A stretch of 64,000 nt of DNA, from contig NC_042998.1 of assembly GCF_006345805.1 (NCBI RefSeq), positions 137,516,001-137,580,000 on the forward strand, read 5' to 3'. This DNA comes from Octopus sinensis. Its lineage: Eukaryota. Made by a program: the position numbers and the translations under genes. Below the pieces are notes generated by a model that made no database searches, was not told the origin of the DNA, and saw nothing but the letters and a program-made list of their open reading frames with translations. Positions 40,689-54,044 of the stretch are shown in pieces. Within the stretch, counting starts at the first letter, position 1. Every line of letters begins with the position of its first letter.

Positions 40689-41744
40689 CTGAAATGTAAT
40701 TTAAAAAACAAATAAGCTTAAAATAAAGATCAGAAAAGAAAATTATGCAGAAACTGGAAATGAAACAGAAATTAATTACAAATATCATACATTATAATAT
40801 TTGAGAAAGATCCTATCTTTAAATAATGACATCACTGCTTTTGCATATGTTTTTGTGCATTGAATGTTAACTCTTCTGTTAAAAATGTAAATCTTGAGAA
40901 TGCTGAATGAAGTCAATGTCAGTTTGAATGATAATCTTTTCAAATTTATTAATATACTCTGCTACAAAGTATAAATAATTTGTACATGTATATATGAGGG
41001 AAGAAGTAGAAGAATGAGTGTAGAAAAAATGTTTGGGTAAGATAAATTTTTTAAAAACTGGATGGGAAGAATTCTATACTAGAAACAAAATATATTTCTA
41101 TTCAAAGGGCAGGTGAAGGCACATGGCCTAGTAGTGTGGGTATTGCACTCACAATTGCAAGATTGTGGTCCTGATTCCCAGACTGGGTGGCATGTTGTGT
41201 TCTGTAAGAAAACACTTCATTTCACTTAGCTCCATTCCACTTAGCTGTAAATGAGTAACTCTGCAACTGGTTGGGATTCTGTTCAGTGGGAAATGTGGTC
41301 TCAGTCATTTGTACACCAGGGAAACTGGGTAACTGGCTCTAAGTGTCCAAACATTTGAGACAGTGCTTACTTTTTACAAAAGGCAGATAGTATGAAGTAT
41401 GTTTAAGAAGCAGAGTTACATGAAAGTAAAATTTAAGCAATATGTATATAGGAGATTTGAAAAGGTTGCAGAGGAATCATCTGTCAGTTTTTAAAAAATT
41501 AATTTAGATAAAGTATAGTATAAGTGTGATGCAAAAGCAGCTGTATCAAACACAATGATTGACATGTCTAAGAAATGTCAGTGCACTGATGCAAACATAT
41601 AATATGAATGGATATTTGGAGAGTGAAAAGTTGGTGTATGAAAGTAGTTGAAACAAAGATAAACCAATGGCAAGAGATGTGGAATACACAGATAATTTTG
41701 AAATGAAATGACATAGTTGAAACTCATAAATTACATACTGTTTT

Positions 41745-42870
41745 GCAAATATATTGTATTGCTATTTTTGCGCTGAGAATGATAACAGAGTGGGTGATGG
41801 AGATGCAAATAGACATCTTCATGTGCTTCATAGATCACACAAATGCCTTCAACAAAGTAAAACATGAAGAACTCAGCAACCTTGATCTGCATGGAAAAGA
41901 CCTTGAAATCTTGCAGAGCTTGTACTGGAACCAATCAGAGTGCATAAAGGTGAATGGAGAAGGCTGTGAATACACTAGCATCAGGTGAAGGGTTAAACAA
42001 GGATGTGTTATGCCACCAGATCTCTTCAATTATCATAGCGAGTTGATCATAAGAGAAATGGAGAAGGAAAAAGGTCTTAGAATAAGAGGCAGAAACATCA
42101 CAAACATAAGATATGCAGATGGCACAGAAAAGGGGATTCAGGATGTAGTGAGAAAGTGAGAGGAAAGGTCTGTTCATAAAACACAAGAAGACAGAGTGTA
42201 TAGTGGTGACAAAGAATGGAACCTTAAGTACATGCTGAAAATGAACAATCAAATCATTAAGCAGGTATCAACCTTCAACTACCTTGGAACTTTAATCATA
42301 GAAGACAAAACGTGTGAAGGAGATCAAAAGACAAATAGTGCTGGCAGAATCTGCATTCTCAAAATTGCATAACATCTTGAGAAATTGTACTCCAAGCATC
42401 AAGACCAAGATCCATATATTGAACAGCTAGGACTACCCTGTGTTAATGTATGGAAGTGAAGCATGGTCTATAATATCAGAAATGAGAAGGTGCTCAAAGA
42501 GCTATGAAATATGGCTCTTAAGGAGAATATGAAAGATAGCATGGACAAAGTGTTTAATGAAGAAGTGATGACCCAGGCTGTGGTAAATAGGAAACTGCTT
42601 CTTGAGATAAGGACCAAACAACTGAGATTTCTTGGCTGTTTGATGGGGGGGGGGGGCAGAGAATTTACTAATGACTGGAAAGATTGAATGGAAAAGAAGC
42701 AGAAGAAGAAGAAGGGTGATATGGTTATCAAACTTGACAAACTGGTTGGAAGAAAGATGTATTAAACATCATGAAGTAGAACTATTACAGAAAACAAAGA
42801 ACAGAGAATTGAGGCAGAACATGACTACTCATGTTCTGTATCCTAGACATGGCACAAGAAAAGAAACAAT
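41745..42870 (+). mobile_element. RTE/BovB-like LINE RT fragment (different subfamily)
   Basis: FMCFIDHTNAFNKVKH, VKQGCVMPPDLFN, NITNIRYAD, FNYLGTLI, LMYGSEAW; AAGA tail. Confidence 0.85.
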
Positions 42871-42980
42871 TTCTAACACAATCACCAACCTACACCAGTA
42901 TTAAAATAATCTCACACACACACACAAAAGGGTTTGTATGAAAATAGAGCGTAACATGAGGGTCCAAAATTAAAACATAC

Positions 42981-43014
42981 CTGTATCTGTTTGAGTTGTA
43001 ATAGGAGGCAAACC
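42981..43014 (-). CDS. REPS1: REPS-family micro-exon, 34 nt, phase 0/1 (GLPPITTQTDT)
   Basis: cattgcttttcag|GG ... CAG|GTATGT; supplies exactly the phase change needed between neighbours. Confidence 0.72.
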
Positions 43015-43279
43015 CTGAAAAGCAATGAGGATTGGATGTCAGACAACTAGATATTAAAAAAAATGAATTTTAAAATAAACAATAGGTGATAAAAAATACC
43101 TCTGATACTAACATGAAGCAATTCTATAAAAAGAAAACAGAATATTGTTTTTAAAGAACATGAAAAATAAATTTCTCAGATTCAAATTTTTAAAAACATA
43201 TAAAAAAAAGTTGATTAAAAATAATGGCAAAGACAGTGGGGTAACGTGGAGTAGTCAGACCACATAGGGCAGCCACTTA

Positions 43280-43343
<64 letters not shown>

Positions 43344-44039
43344 GGTTGCTGTAGTTAAAGTTAAGTTATAACTAAGGGAGGGGGCCACAGAAACCCGTGC
43401 TACACCACTGTGTACAGAAAGGCTGAAGAAAATTAACTGCATAAAAAGCTTTGACAAGAGCATCAGAAGTTTTTAAAAAATGCAAAGTCATAGAAGTAGT
43501 GCAAAAAGACTGAATGTGTTTATTTCTAAATGTGCTTCATCACCTCATCTATACTGCCACTGTTTTAGGTTCAGAAAAAGAAGACACTTATTAGATAAGT
43601 TCTAAACAATTATGACTATACAGGGTGATAAAATGGACTGGGTCTTAGATAAGCAAGTCTTGACCAAATCCAAGTCAAATAAGAGACAATCACATCTACC
43701 TTCATACACTGATATGTTAGCAGTTAAAAATACATTGATTTTAGTGTTCTTAAACTCAGAGATATTGGTTCAAACATCACATTTATGCCTACTCACAAAT
43801 GGTGAAACATCTCCTTTACTGTAATCTTTGACTGTAAATCCATCAACACTTTAACCACTATGTATATACACACACATTTGTTTGTACAAAAGTGACTCAA
43901 TGGCCAAAAGTTTCGTGCACCACACTTATCAAACAGTTTGATAAATACCATACATGAAGTTCATGAAACTTAAGCCTTAGGTCACTTTTGTAACTTTCTG
44001 TCAATTAAAAGTAACATTAAAGTGTGTGTGTATGTGTAT

Positions 44040-44107
<68 letters not shown>

Positions 44108-44560
44108 AAATTCTATCCATATCCACCAATGCAATGCTGAGCACTCATTCTCATCATTCAACATTTACATGTGTCTGTGTAGCTTGAAGTGGTGCAGAGA
44201 TTTTATAATATTAAGAGAAAAAAAGAGATAGCAGAATTTGGATAAAATCCATTTAGTGCTTTTATCCCTTTGTTTACATAGAATTATTAGTCTATGAATC
44301 ATTGTAGCTTGCAATGCTGGTTCTGAACTGTGCAAAAAAATCTGCAGTAATAAACTAAAAAGTGTGTGTGTGTGCACGTGCACGTACACACACAAGCGAT
44401 CAAATGCACATAAGCAGCACTTAATATATATATATGTTTACATACATACATACATACATGGAGAACATTTGAGGAGATGGATATATATTTTCCATCTACC
44501 TTAAACAACATTAAGAGGCATGTCAAACTGCTTGTGTGTGTGTATGTATATATATATATA

Positions 44561-45650
44561 TATGCATGTGGGCACAGGACGTCATGAAATGTATACAACA
44601 AAAAAGTATGAAGCACAAGTGCATAAAACATGAACTATTCTCTCGAACAACAAAGACACAAATGGAAAACAAAACAAACAACAAAAACTACCCTTCATCA
44701 GTTGTTGGCTGTTTTTCTAGTCTTATATTTCATGCATTTAACAACAAATATACACTTTAGATAAGACAGTTGCCCCCCGCAAAGCAAATTAAATAAAATT
44801 TGAGATTTTGCAGAGGGTCAAAATAGGTAACACAAACAGGACAGTGAAAACAAACAGGAAGGGCTGCTAAGCCAAGAGACAAACAAGAGCACGTCGTTAT
44901 TGTTCCAGCTACAGTGGAGAGAAAGAAAGAAAGATGGCCAATGGTCATGTGGGAGCCATGTGAACAAGGGAGGTAGAGTGAAGGAGAGTGAGTGACAAAG
45001 TAATAGGATAGAATAGTGGGAGAAGAGGAGGTAAAAGAATAAGAGAGAGAAAAACAAAAGAGTAAAAAGATTGAATAGAGTGCGCATCAGAATTATTACG
45101 ATAAAACTTACTTGCAAGAGAATAATCCTGACATGCACTCTATAAGATCTTTTCACTCTTATATTTCTCTTATCTCCTCCTCTCACACTTTTCTATCCTA
45201 TTACATTGTTACTCTCTCTCACTTCTCCTCCCTTACATGGCTCCCACGTGACCATTGGTCATCTTTCTTTCTCTCCACTGTAGCTGGAACAATAAAAACG
45301 TGCTCTTGTTTGTCTCTTGTCCTAGCTTGATTTACGCATTCACCACCACAACCTCCTTTTGGCTTAGCAGCCCTTCCTGTTTGTGTTACCTATTCTGACC
45401 CTCCGCAAAATCTCAAATTTTATTTAATTTGCTTTGCAGGAGCAAGTGTTTTATCAAAAGCGCATATTGTTCTTAAATGCTCAAAATACGAGACTAGAAA
45501 AACAGCCAACAACTGATGAAGGGTCGTTCTTTATGTTGTTTGTTTTGTTTTCCATTTGTGTCTTTTATTGCTCGAAAGAATAGTTCATATTCCATGTACT
45601 TCATATTTTTTGTTGTACACGTTTCATGACATCCTATGCCCACATATGCA
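44561..45650. repeat. ~1.1-kb fold-back: two diverged inverted copies of a ~540-bp repeat with a ~20-nt spacer near 45100-45120
   Basis: Arm-to-arm reverse complementarity traced throughout (e.g. cccttcatcagttgttggctgtttttctagtc / gactagaaaaacagccaacaactgatgaaggg); (TA)n on both flanks. Confidence 0.9.
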
Positions 45651-46111
45651 TATATATATATACATATAGATGTAAGTATGTACATATATATATATATTAT
45701 ATTATTATATGATTGAACGCCACACATCCTCTTCCAAGTAAGTTTTTTTTATCTATCTATATATATAACACACACACACATGCATATATACATAAAATAC
45801 ATTTTACACATACACACAGAGTTAGATGGGAAATGAAGAGCGAGAGACTAAACTATTAGCTTTCTAAATCATTTACTGCAAAGGTCAATATTGGATAAAT
45901 AACTGTCAGTAATTATTAATTAAGCAAAAGAATGGAGAAAGAAGGAAAAAATATTAAAAATTAAGAATTAAAAAAAAATAAAGTGTAGTTTGAAGCTAGC
46001 TAATAAGCTCCCAGTATGAAAAAATTTTTTTTAATTAAAAATCCCAACACCAGTTTATAATGATAGGCTGGCAAGCGAGTAGGGTTCTTAGGGATAGAAC
46101 CACAGTCTTAC

Positions 46112-46318
46112 CCCAATTTGACGTATATCAAGAGAAGCACACCGACGGTGCTTCTCCACCATGGGAGCCTGTAATTTAATGGCTGGTGTAACTGAGGTAG
46201 AGTCCTCAGAATGGTCAACAGAATCGAGATCTTGAGAAGAGAAATCAGTAAATCGGAAAATCTTTTCTGACTGCATACCTCCAAATCCAAGTAAGATATC
46301 CCTGCTTTGCCTAGAGAC
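46112..46318 (-). CDS. REPS1: REPS-family exon, 207 nt, phase 0/0 (VSRQSRDILLG...KHRRCASLDIRQIG)
   Basis: ctaccttcatcag|GTC ... GGG|GTAAGA; open; HRRCASLD echoes the REPS HxRSSSLD-type motif. Confidence 0.8.
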
Positions 46319-48398
46319 CTGATGAAGGTAGATTAATATAGTTTGATAACCTTGCTTTGAAGAAATGATTCAAGTTCTATTTATTTCAGAAATAACAATA
46401 GCAAATAAACAACATATAGAGAATGACAATGCCCCAAAGAAGTTTATATCAATATTGGTTCATGTATAAATGATCTATGATTAACAAAATAATCTACCTT
46501 TCTATTTTAATAAGCTGTGTTGGGTGTGTATTTATACATGAAAGAGGGAGAGACCAACTATTAAACAGAATGAACCCAATTTCAAACTTTTACAGAGAAC
46601 CAATGAAAATTTTGAATACAGAAACATTTGAATTTTTTTTTTAACTGCCACAAAGCTGGGGTTTTTTTAAACAAGCATTTGATTTTATTGATTCTAGAGG
46701 GAAGAAAGGCAAAATTAACTCAGCAGTCCATCTACAAAGAGCATTGACAATAAAAGCATTAACTATAAGAAGAATGCTACTAGGAATGAGAAAGCATGAG
46801 TGCATGCATGTTTGCACACATACATTCACATTCAAACTTTCAATTTAAGATTATTTTGAAGAAATTCAATTAACTGATCAATTGTTGTAGCTGTTGCTAT
46901 TAACACTATTTTGTCAATGTAGCTTAAGACTGAGGAATCACTTGTGGAATATTTCTAGGAATAACATTTTTTTCAATTTGCTTTGAACTTTAAGATCTTC
47001 TGCAATTAAGAACCTTATAAATTAAAGCAGCCCCCCCCCCTTAAGAATATTGTACAAAGTTATGAAGTTAATCCTTTAAACCTGTAGGAACCATTGATGG
47101 TCTGAAGGACCCCAATGGTGGTCTGTATCAGCAAAAATGAGTTTAACAAAGTTCAGAGAAAAACAATACTAATATTTTGAAGAAGGACCTTCAATAGCTG
47201 AAGGCATGAGGAGGACAGAAGCAAGAACTAGAAAATATTTAGTTTTAAAACCAATTTTAAAACTAATTGAGATAAAGAGATTTTGGAAAATATCATGAAT
47301 TTAAATATAAATCTATGATAGTTGCCAAGTCTGAAAAAGAGGTGCAAAATGGCTGTGGGGTTTAGGCTCTGTACTTCAAATTTTACTATAACAATAAATA
47401 ATTACTGTGTTGGGAAAGGTACTTTACTCTGCTTGCATCAGTTTGCCTGTTGGACAAATATCAGGCTCTACTTGTAAATTAATAAATAAGCAATTACAAT
47501 TAGGGTATCCAGCTATAAAAACTAATTGCTCCATCACAACCATGCTTTCATAAAGAAAGGAAAACAGGTTAAGTTGTTAAATGCTAAAATTGATTGACAT
47601 CAGCAGCATTGACAATCATCAAAACTTTGGTGAAAGCAACACTCATAAAATTAAAACTACACTTCAATAAATAGCAATCAAATATTTACTACCAATCTTA
47701 CTCAATCTGCACACCTAAAGTCATTGCTCCCTCTTTCTTCTACTCATTTACAGTTATTGGGACCACTTTTGGCACTTAATCATGAGCATTACAAGGCGAT
47801 CTCTGCTAGTGCTAGAGCTATGAAAAGTGCACCCAGTACACTGTCAAACAGTTTGTATTAAAGGTATCCAGCCACAGAAACCATGCTAAAACAGTCACTG
47901 GAGCATGATCCAGTCCTCTAGCTCACCAGATCCTATCAAACCATCCAACCCATGATAGCATAGAAGACAGACATTAAAAGTTGATCATGATTACAGAGTA
48001 TTTGTAACTATCAATATTTATATAGTTCTGTATAAACTAAATATTTCAGAATAAATAAACCATCATAAGGGAAAACTTCATGGTTATATATAAAATGTAT
48101 GTTCCATCAAAGTCTGTTAAGGTTTTAAATATAAATGATGCTTTGCTTATAGGGTATATCATCATCATTTGACATCCATGTTCCACGCCAGCATGAGTTG
48201 GACAGTTTGATGCAATCTGACGGGTCCAAGGACTGCGTTATATTCTAATGTCTACTTTGGCATGGTTTTTACAGCTGAATATCCTTCCTAATGCTGATCA
48301 CTTTATAATGTATACTGGGTACTTTTTCATGCAATTGGCACTAGTGAGGTCACTATGCAGCTTGCAAGACTACAAAATGCAAGGCAGTGGCTTTACAC

Positions 48399-48464
48399 TA
48401 GGGGATGATGGTTAGGGGATGATGGTTAGGGGATGATGGTTAGGGGATGATGGTTAGGGGATGA
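48399..48464 (+). repeat. 14-bp minisatellite (TTAGGGGATGATGG) x ~4.7
   Basis: Perfect units; GGGG at 48401, 48415, 48429, 48443, 48457. Confidence 0.95.
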
Positions 48465-49161
48465 GAGAAACAAGTGGGGCAGAGCAGGTTCTTGTTCTAG
48501 AAAAGCTAGTGGAGAGTTGAGAATAAATCAGTAGTAGCTGTAAAGAGACAAATAGTGATGACGAGGTGTCCAGATGGCACCTCGAGGTATGATGTGAGTA
48601 GAAGTGAGTTGGGTCAAATGATAGGAAAAATAGGAGAGGGGATGTAGGTAACATCTGTAAAGATTGAGTATGAATGTAGGGAGTGATGGATACAAGGGTG
48701 GAGGATGGCTAATGAAGCATGAGTTGGGGAAGGTAAAGGGATGCAAGAAGAGAGCAGGGGAGGGTAAGCATAAACTGAATGGTTTATGTTAAGTTATTCT
48801 TACTAAAAATCTATGCACCTTTCTTATTCCTTACCATCCAGCTGTAGAGAAATGAAACCTTTCTTAAACAAGCAAGCTGGTACATGTACCTTGCAAAGGA
48901 GCAAAATACAGTGGCTACAGTATTAAAATTTGAACTCATTTTAACTTCACAGCTACAGTACTGTGGCTTCATAAAAAATCTATGCAGAAATTTTGAAATA
49001 ACATCAACAAAGAATTCCTCATTAAAATATGTCCTTTAGCTGAAATACCTCAAATCATTTATATACACATATCTCTTTAGCATGTCAACAGCAATCCATA
49101 TTGAAAACATAAATATTAAAGATGGTTACGAATTAAGTTATAATATACAGAAGCTACATAC

Positions 49162-49217
49162 ATCTTTAGGAGATGTCCGAGGTGGCACTGCAGGAGGTGG
49201 TAACAATACTGAAGTGC
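49162..49217 (-). CDS. REPS1: REPS-family micro-exon, 56 nt, phase 1/0 (GTSVLLPPPAVPPRTSPKD)
   Basis: ttactttcag|GC ... GAT|GTATGT; class II SH3-ligand PAVPPR; phases match both neighbours. Confidence 0.85.
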
Positions 49218-49719
49218 CTGAAAGTAAGTAAAATGCATCATTTAAACTGTTCCATATATTATATTATAGATGTTACATAGTTTATGATTTAAAGGTTCAA
49301 GGCAAGTGTAAATTATCAAACACAGAACAAAGTAACACACATTTTTCTATGTATGGTTATAGTTACAACAAGCATGAACTAATAACTAGAACAACAATAT
49401 ACAAAAATATAGCAAAAGAAAAAAACAATAGAAACTAAAATTATTGAGAGAAAAAATAATTAACATTTACTTATTAGCATATCAATAATAATAATAATAA
49501 TAATAATAAGAGAAAAGCAGCAATTCAAACAGTAACAGAAAACAACAGCAAGTAAATAAAAAAATATTAAAAAATGGTGTTGGTGGAGCTGACAGAAGGG
49601 GAAAAAAGAAGTTTTGTTGGAATCAAGCCACAATGCATGATGGGGTTAGTATTCCCAGTTGTTAGCACAGATATAGCAGTGATATTAATAGGTGTCTGAG
49701 AAGAAGTCAGTAAAGTTTC

Positions 49720-50804
49720 GGATCTTTTCTGTTTGATAGACGGAATTTTCTAGTTAACTAAAAAATTTGAAACTTCGTATACTGGTAGAATGTGCCAAAA
49801 GAAAACATTATTGTAAACAAAATTGAAAACAAAATTGTAATTCGTAACTTAAACGTAGTTTAATTTTACGAATTTTAACCAATGAAATCCCAACATCTTC
49901 GAATTTTAACCAATGAAATCCCAACATCTTCGAATTTTAACCAATGAAATCCCAGCATTGCTGCGTTATCGATATTGATAAAGAAATATAGCAGACGCAC
50001 GACACACACACACACTCTCTCTCTCTCTCTCTCTCAAACACACGCATATACATTTGCACAAGCACATAGTAATTAATATATAAGCGTACACACACATACA
50101 AACGGACATATACATACACACACAAGCATACATACACGTTCATGTTTTGCCACTTGCCGCAACAAATTTGCACAAAAGGTAAATAAACCAGAAGGGGTGG
50201 GGTCAATGTTTCATCGTTTCGGGGTCGATAAATTAAGTACCAATTACGCACTGGTGTCAAGGATTTTTTTCCCAATTTATATCACAGCTTACAACAAGCT
50301 GAGGGCATCCTTTTATGAAAAAATATTTCGCAAATTTTTACAATACTACTCACACTCCACACACAAACTCGAGACCGATTTAGGCATATTATTGTTTTGT
50401 TTTTGTTGTTTCTGGCCCTTCAAAACCATGGGAGAAGCCTTTTCGGTAAAAAAAAATAAAGAAAATATTCAAAAAATATCGTTAATATTTTTATTGGGCG
50501 ACGAAATTCATCGATTTAAGAGATATAGCTGTTATTTCTAGCACATGTAGAAGACAGAAGAAGAGACAAGGATGAATAAGACATGTGCGTGTGAGTTTTA
50601 ACTCGTAAGTAAATAATTTGAGCTTGAATGCTGCAATTTCATTGGTTAAAATTCGTAAAATTAAACTACGTTTAAGTTACGAATTACAATTTTGTTTTCA
50701 ATTTTGTTTACAATAATGTTTTCTTTTGACACATTCTACCAGTATACGAAGTTTCAAATTGTTTAGTTAACTAGAAAATTCCGTCTATCAAACAGAAAAG
50801 ATCC
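49720..50804. mobile_element. Non-autonomous DNA transposon with ~168-bp TIRs and an 8-bp TSD
   Basis: GGATCTTTTCTG...CAGAAAAGATCC, arms differ at about 2 positions; TSD aaagtttc / aaaatttc; internal 31-bp tandem repeat 49869-49954. Confidence 0.9.
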
Positions 50805-50989
50805 AAAATTTCTAAGTGAAATGAGTTTTAATTGAAATAAAAATACTATGTCATCTTTTGTTGACAAGGCAAGAAAAAGAAAGAATTTCTATAATGAAAA
50901 ATAAAAAAGAATACTAACAAAAAGGGAAGGAAGTTAAAGCTCTTTCTCATTCATCTTGAATGAGAGTTATCAGCATTTTGTTCAAGATT

Positions 50990-51335
50990 TTGGACTGAAG
51001 AATGCTCAGAGTAAACACTTGCGTGCTGACAGTGCTACTGAACTTTGGTTCCAAATGCAGGAGCTGAAGTCTCATCAGGCAGTGAAGCAGCAACAAACAC
51101 CTGCACAACAGCACGAGTTTTGTTGAGTTAGATGTTGCAACTCTGGGCCACATGTTTCTACCATTGTCAGTGCTAGTTCTTGCCGCACCACTTGTCCTCT
51201 TGAGCCAGATGTAATGTCTTGCTTTCTCAGAGGCTTCTGGCATCTTTTCTATTATTCACAGCTAATCTAAGTCTCCCAAGCATCAAGTGAACTCTTCCAA
51301 CAAAGCCTCTAACACCTACCTCTACAGGAAAGCAT
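50990..51335 (-). mobile_element. 3' fragment of an RLE-type non-LTR retrotransposon (HERO/NeSL-like)
   Basis: Minus strand EVGVRGFVG ... SEKARHYIWLKR resembles the VEVGCRGF...AERASxWLWLKR C-terminus of such elements. Confidence 0.6.
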
Positions 51336-51443
51336 ATTGATTCACATAATTAGTGAGAAACTAATACATAAATAATGTGGAATTATGGTTAAGTTACTAA
51401 AAAGGTAAGTCAGCAACTCATTTTCATTTTCTGATTAAAGCTA

Positions 51444-52720
51444 TGAGGGACATTCAATAAGTAATGCCTCTGACCCACTTGCAGTTGTTTGATCTAGCTG
51501 AAATTTTGCATGTGCAATCATTTATATCTCTATAGAGTAAGTGGCAAATTACAGCTCTGAATTCATTGTGGTTTCTGATTTACAGGTGTTTGAACCGAGT
51601 CAAGTGTGAAATGGAGCCTGTTGAGTGTTGAGCAGTGATCCGGTTTTTGTATTTGAAAGAACACACACCACGGGAGACTTTTGATGAAATGAAAGTAACT
51701 TATGGTGATGATGCCCCATCATATGACCTTGTAAAACGCTGGCATCGTGAATTCAAACATGGTCGGAACTCTGTGGAAACAGCTCCCAGATCTGGTCGCC
51801 CCTTCTGCCATTGATGAGGCATCTGTCCGTCAAGTTGAGGCTGCCATTTTGGAAGATCGACGCATAATTATTCGCCAAATAGCCCATGAGGTCAAGATTA
51901 GTACCGGGTCTGTGGAAACTATCATTCATGACCATTTGCATATGCAAAAGGTGTCTGCCAGATGGATTCCCAGGTTGCTCACGCCTTTCCAGAAGCAAGA
52001 ACGCGTCGAGTGCTCGAGGGTGAATTTGGAGATGTGCCAAAATTTTTCAAAAGACTGATTACACAGGATGAAACCTGGGTCCATCACGATGATCCAGAGA
52101 CCAAAACCCAGTCAATGCAGTGGAAGCACCGTGACTCACCCCCTCCAAAGAAGGCAAGGGTGCAGCCCTCCGCTGGCAAGGTCATGCTCACAGTCTTCTG
52201 AGACCAGGACGGAGTAGTGATGACAGATTTCCTGGCAAAGGGTACCACAATTGCAGGAGCTTATTATGCTTCACTTTTGAGGAAATTAAGAGAAGTTATC
52301 AAAATCAAGAGGCGGGGCAAGATCAGCAAAGGCATCTTCCTCCTGCAGGACAACGCTCCGGTCCACAACTCGCTTGTCGCCAGATCAGAAGCACAGGCGT
52401 ATGGCTATGAACTCCTCCCCCATCCCCCTACTTTCCTGACCTTGCACCCTCTGATTTTCACCTCTTCCCAGTCATGAAGTTGTTTTTGAAAGGAAAGCGT
52501 TTCCCAGATGATGCAGCCTTGATTTCTGAAGTCACGTTCAGGTTGGAGGACCAAGCTGGGGTCTTCTACAAAAACGGTCTCCAGAGCTGCATCAAACAAT
52601 GGGAGAAATGCGTAACTCTGGGTGGTTCCTATGTAGAAAAAGACTAATAACTGTGCCAAGTTTTGTTGCTCTACTGCTATGGGGAGTGGGTCAGGGGCAT
52701 TACTTATTGAACGCCCCTCG
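51444..52720 (+). mobile_element. Full-length (~1.28 kb) mariner transposon with a pseudogenised transposase (about 51611-52647)
   Basis: ~36-bp TIRs, TA TSD on both sides; ARWIPRLL, ITQDETW, LLQDNAPVH, frameshifted HPPxxPDLAPSDF; in-frame stops and several frameshifts. Confidence 0.95.
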
Positions 52721-54044
52721 TATTTCACTATTTTTAACTTTTGTTGCAAAAAGTATAAACATCACAAATTTTTTTTTCTTTCTTTTTGATAGTGGGGATT
52801 CCTCCAGGGACATTGTGTCTGTGTAAACCAAACACAAAGTCCCAGGTCTAATTAATATGCTAAATACTCTTAAAAATGGGAGGCTACCTGAGGAAACTAT
52901 CACAGTGTACTTTGTTCTCTTACACTAAGACATTGCTGAAGCATTTAACTAAGCAGGAATAAAATTTGGGCAAATGGTGTACCCCAGCAGCAATTATTCT
53001 AAGGAAAACAATCACTTCTAGATTAATCATGGTAGGATTAGAAGTTTTACACAGAATATACATATTTAAATTATTTTTTTTACTTCTCTCATTACAAAGA
53101 TCCTAAATAATATTTTAATCATAGGTAGCCATGTATAGAGCCATTTAATCATCAGCATGACATAACCTTAGGTAAATAAATTACACTTAAACATTTTATG
53201 AAACAAGATAGTTTAGAAGATATTCATGGAATGTGCTTTTCTTCTTTCTTTCTTTTCATAGGTCGTTAATAGTTCAAGAACTGAGAGAGAAGACAGAGAA
53301 AACTCCTACATACAGATTAATTATTTCCTGGGAATTTTTAACCTTCTGAAAGAGTTCATAAATGTAGATACTATTATAGTTTTGACTACAAACAAATTTC
53401 ACAGGCTATTTTTTGATATATTTTAATTTAATCCATAATTGATATAATAATACATAGATAAGAAAAATAACTTGACTAAAAACTTAAACAAATAGCAAAA
53501 ACATAAGGAAATCAAAGCACAAGAAATAATAATAATAGTGTTGGTGGTGATGGTAGTGCTTTCAATACAAATACATAAACTCACTACACCCTAGGTGATT
53601 TTTTAGACAAAGTTTCTGAACATAAGGTGAAGTAAATGATTTAAAAGATATACAAACCTTCAACTTATGCATGCACGCGCACACACACATGCACACAGCA
53701 TGTAGGTGTGTGTGAGTGCTTATAATACAAACATACTAACACATACACAGACAAACACAAAGAGATTGTTTAATGAGGAGGATAGCAAAGAGAAAGCAAA
53801 ACAGAACAAAAGTTCTCTTTTTCAACCCATCCAAACCCTCAAATCCTAGAACAGAAAGTGGGTTCAGATACTATGCAGTGACAAATAAGAGTTGGGGGGG
53901 AAACAGGTTTGTAATTATGAGCCGAACCAAAATAAAGGGTTGGGTTAATTTATTATTAATGAATGTTAACTAGAACTGGTCAGTAATTAACAAAAAGTAT
54001 TGAGTGATTAGTATTATGAGATGATTTTGAAAAGTAGGACCTAC

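Noticed and set aside
43015-43046. Upstream alternative acceptor (atatctag) for the 42981 exon
   Set aside because: Wrong phase, and it introduces an in-frame TGA
45513-45590. CTGATGA...GAAA inside the fold-back arm as a further hammerhead
   Set aside because: No convincing stem II, stem III or stem I pairing found
48399-48464. Interstitial telomere
   Set aside because: The period is 14 bp, not a (TTAGGG)n array
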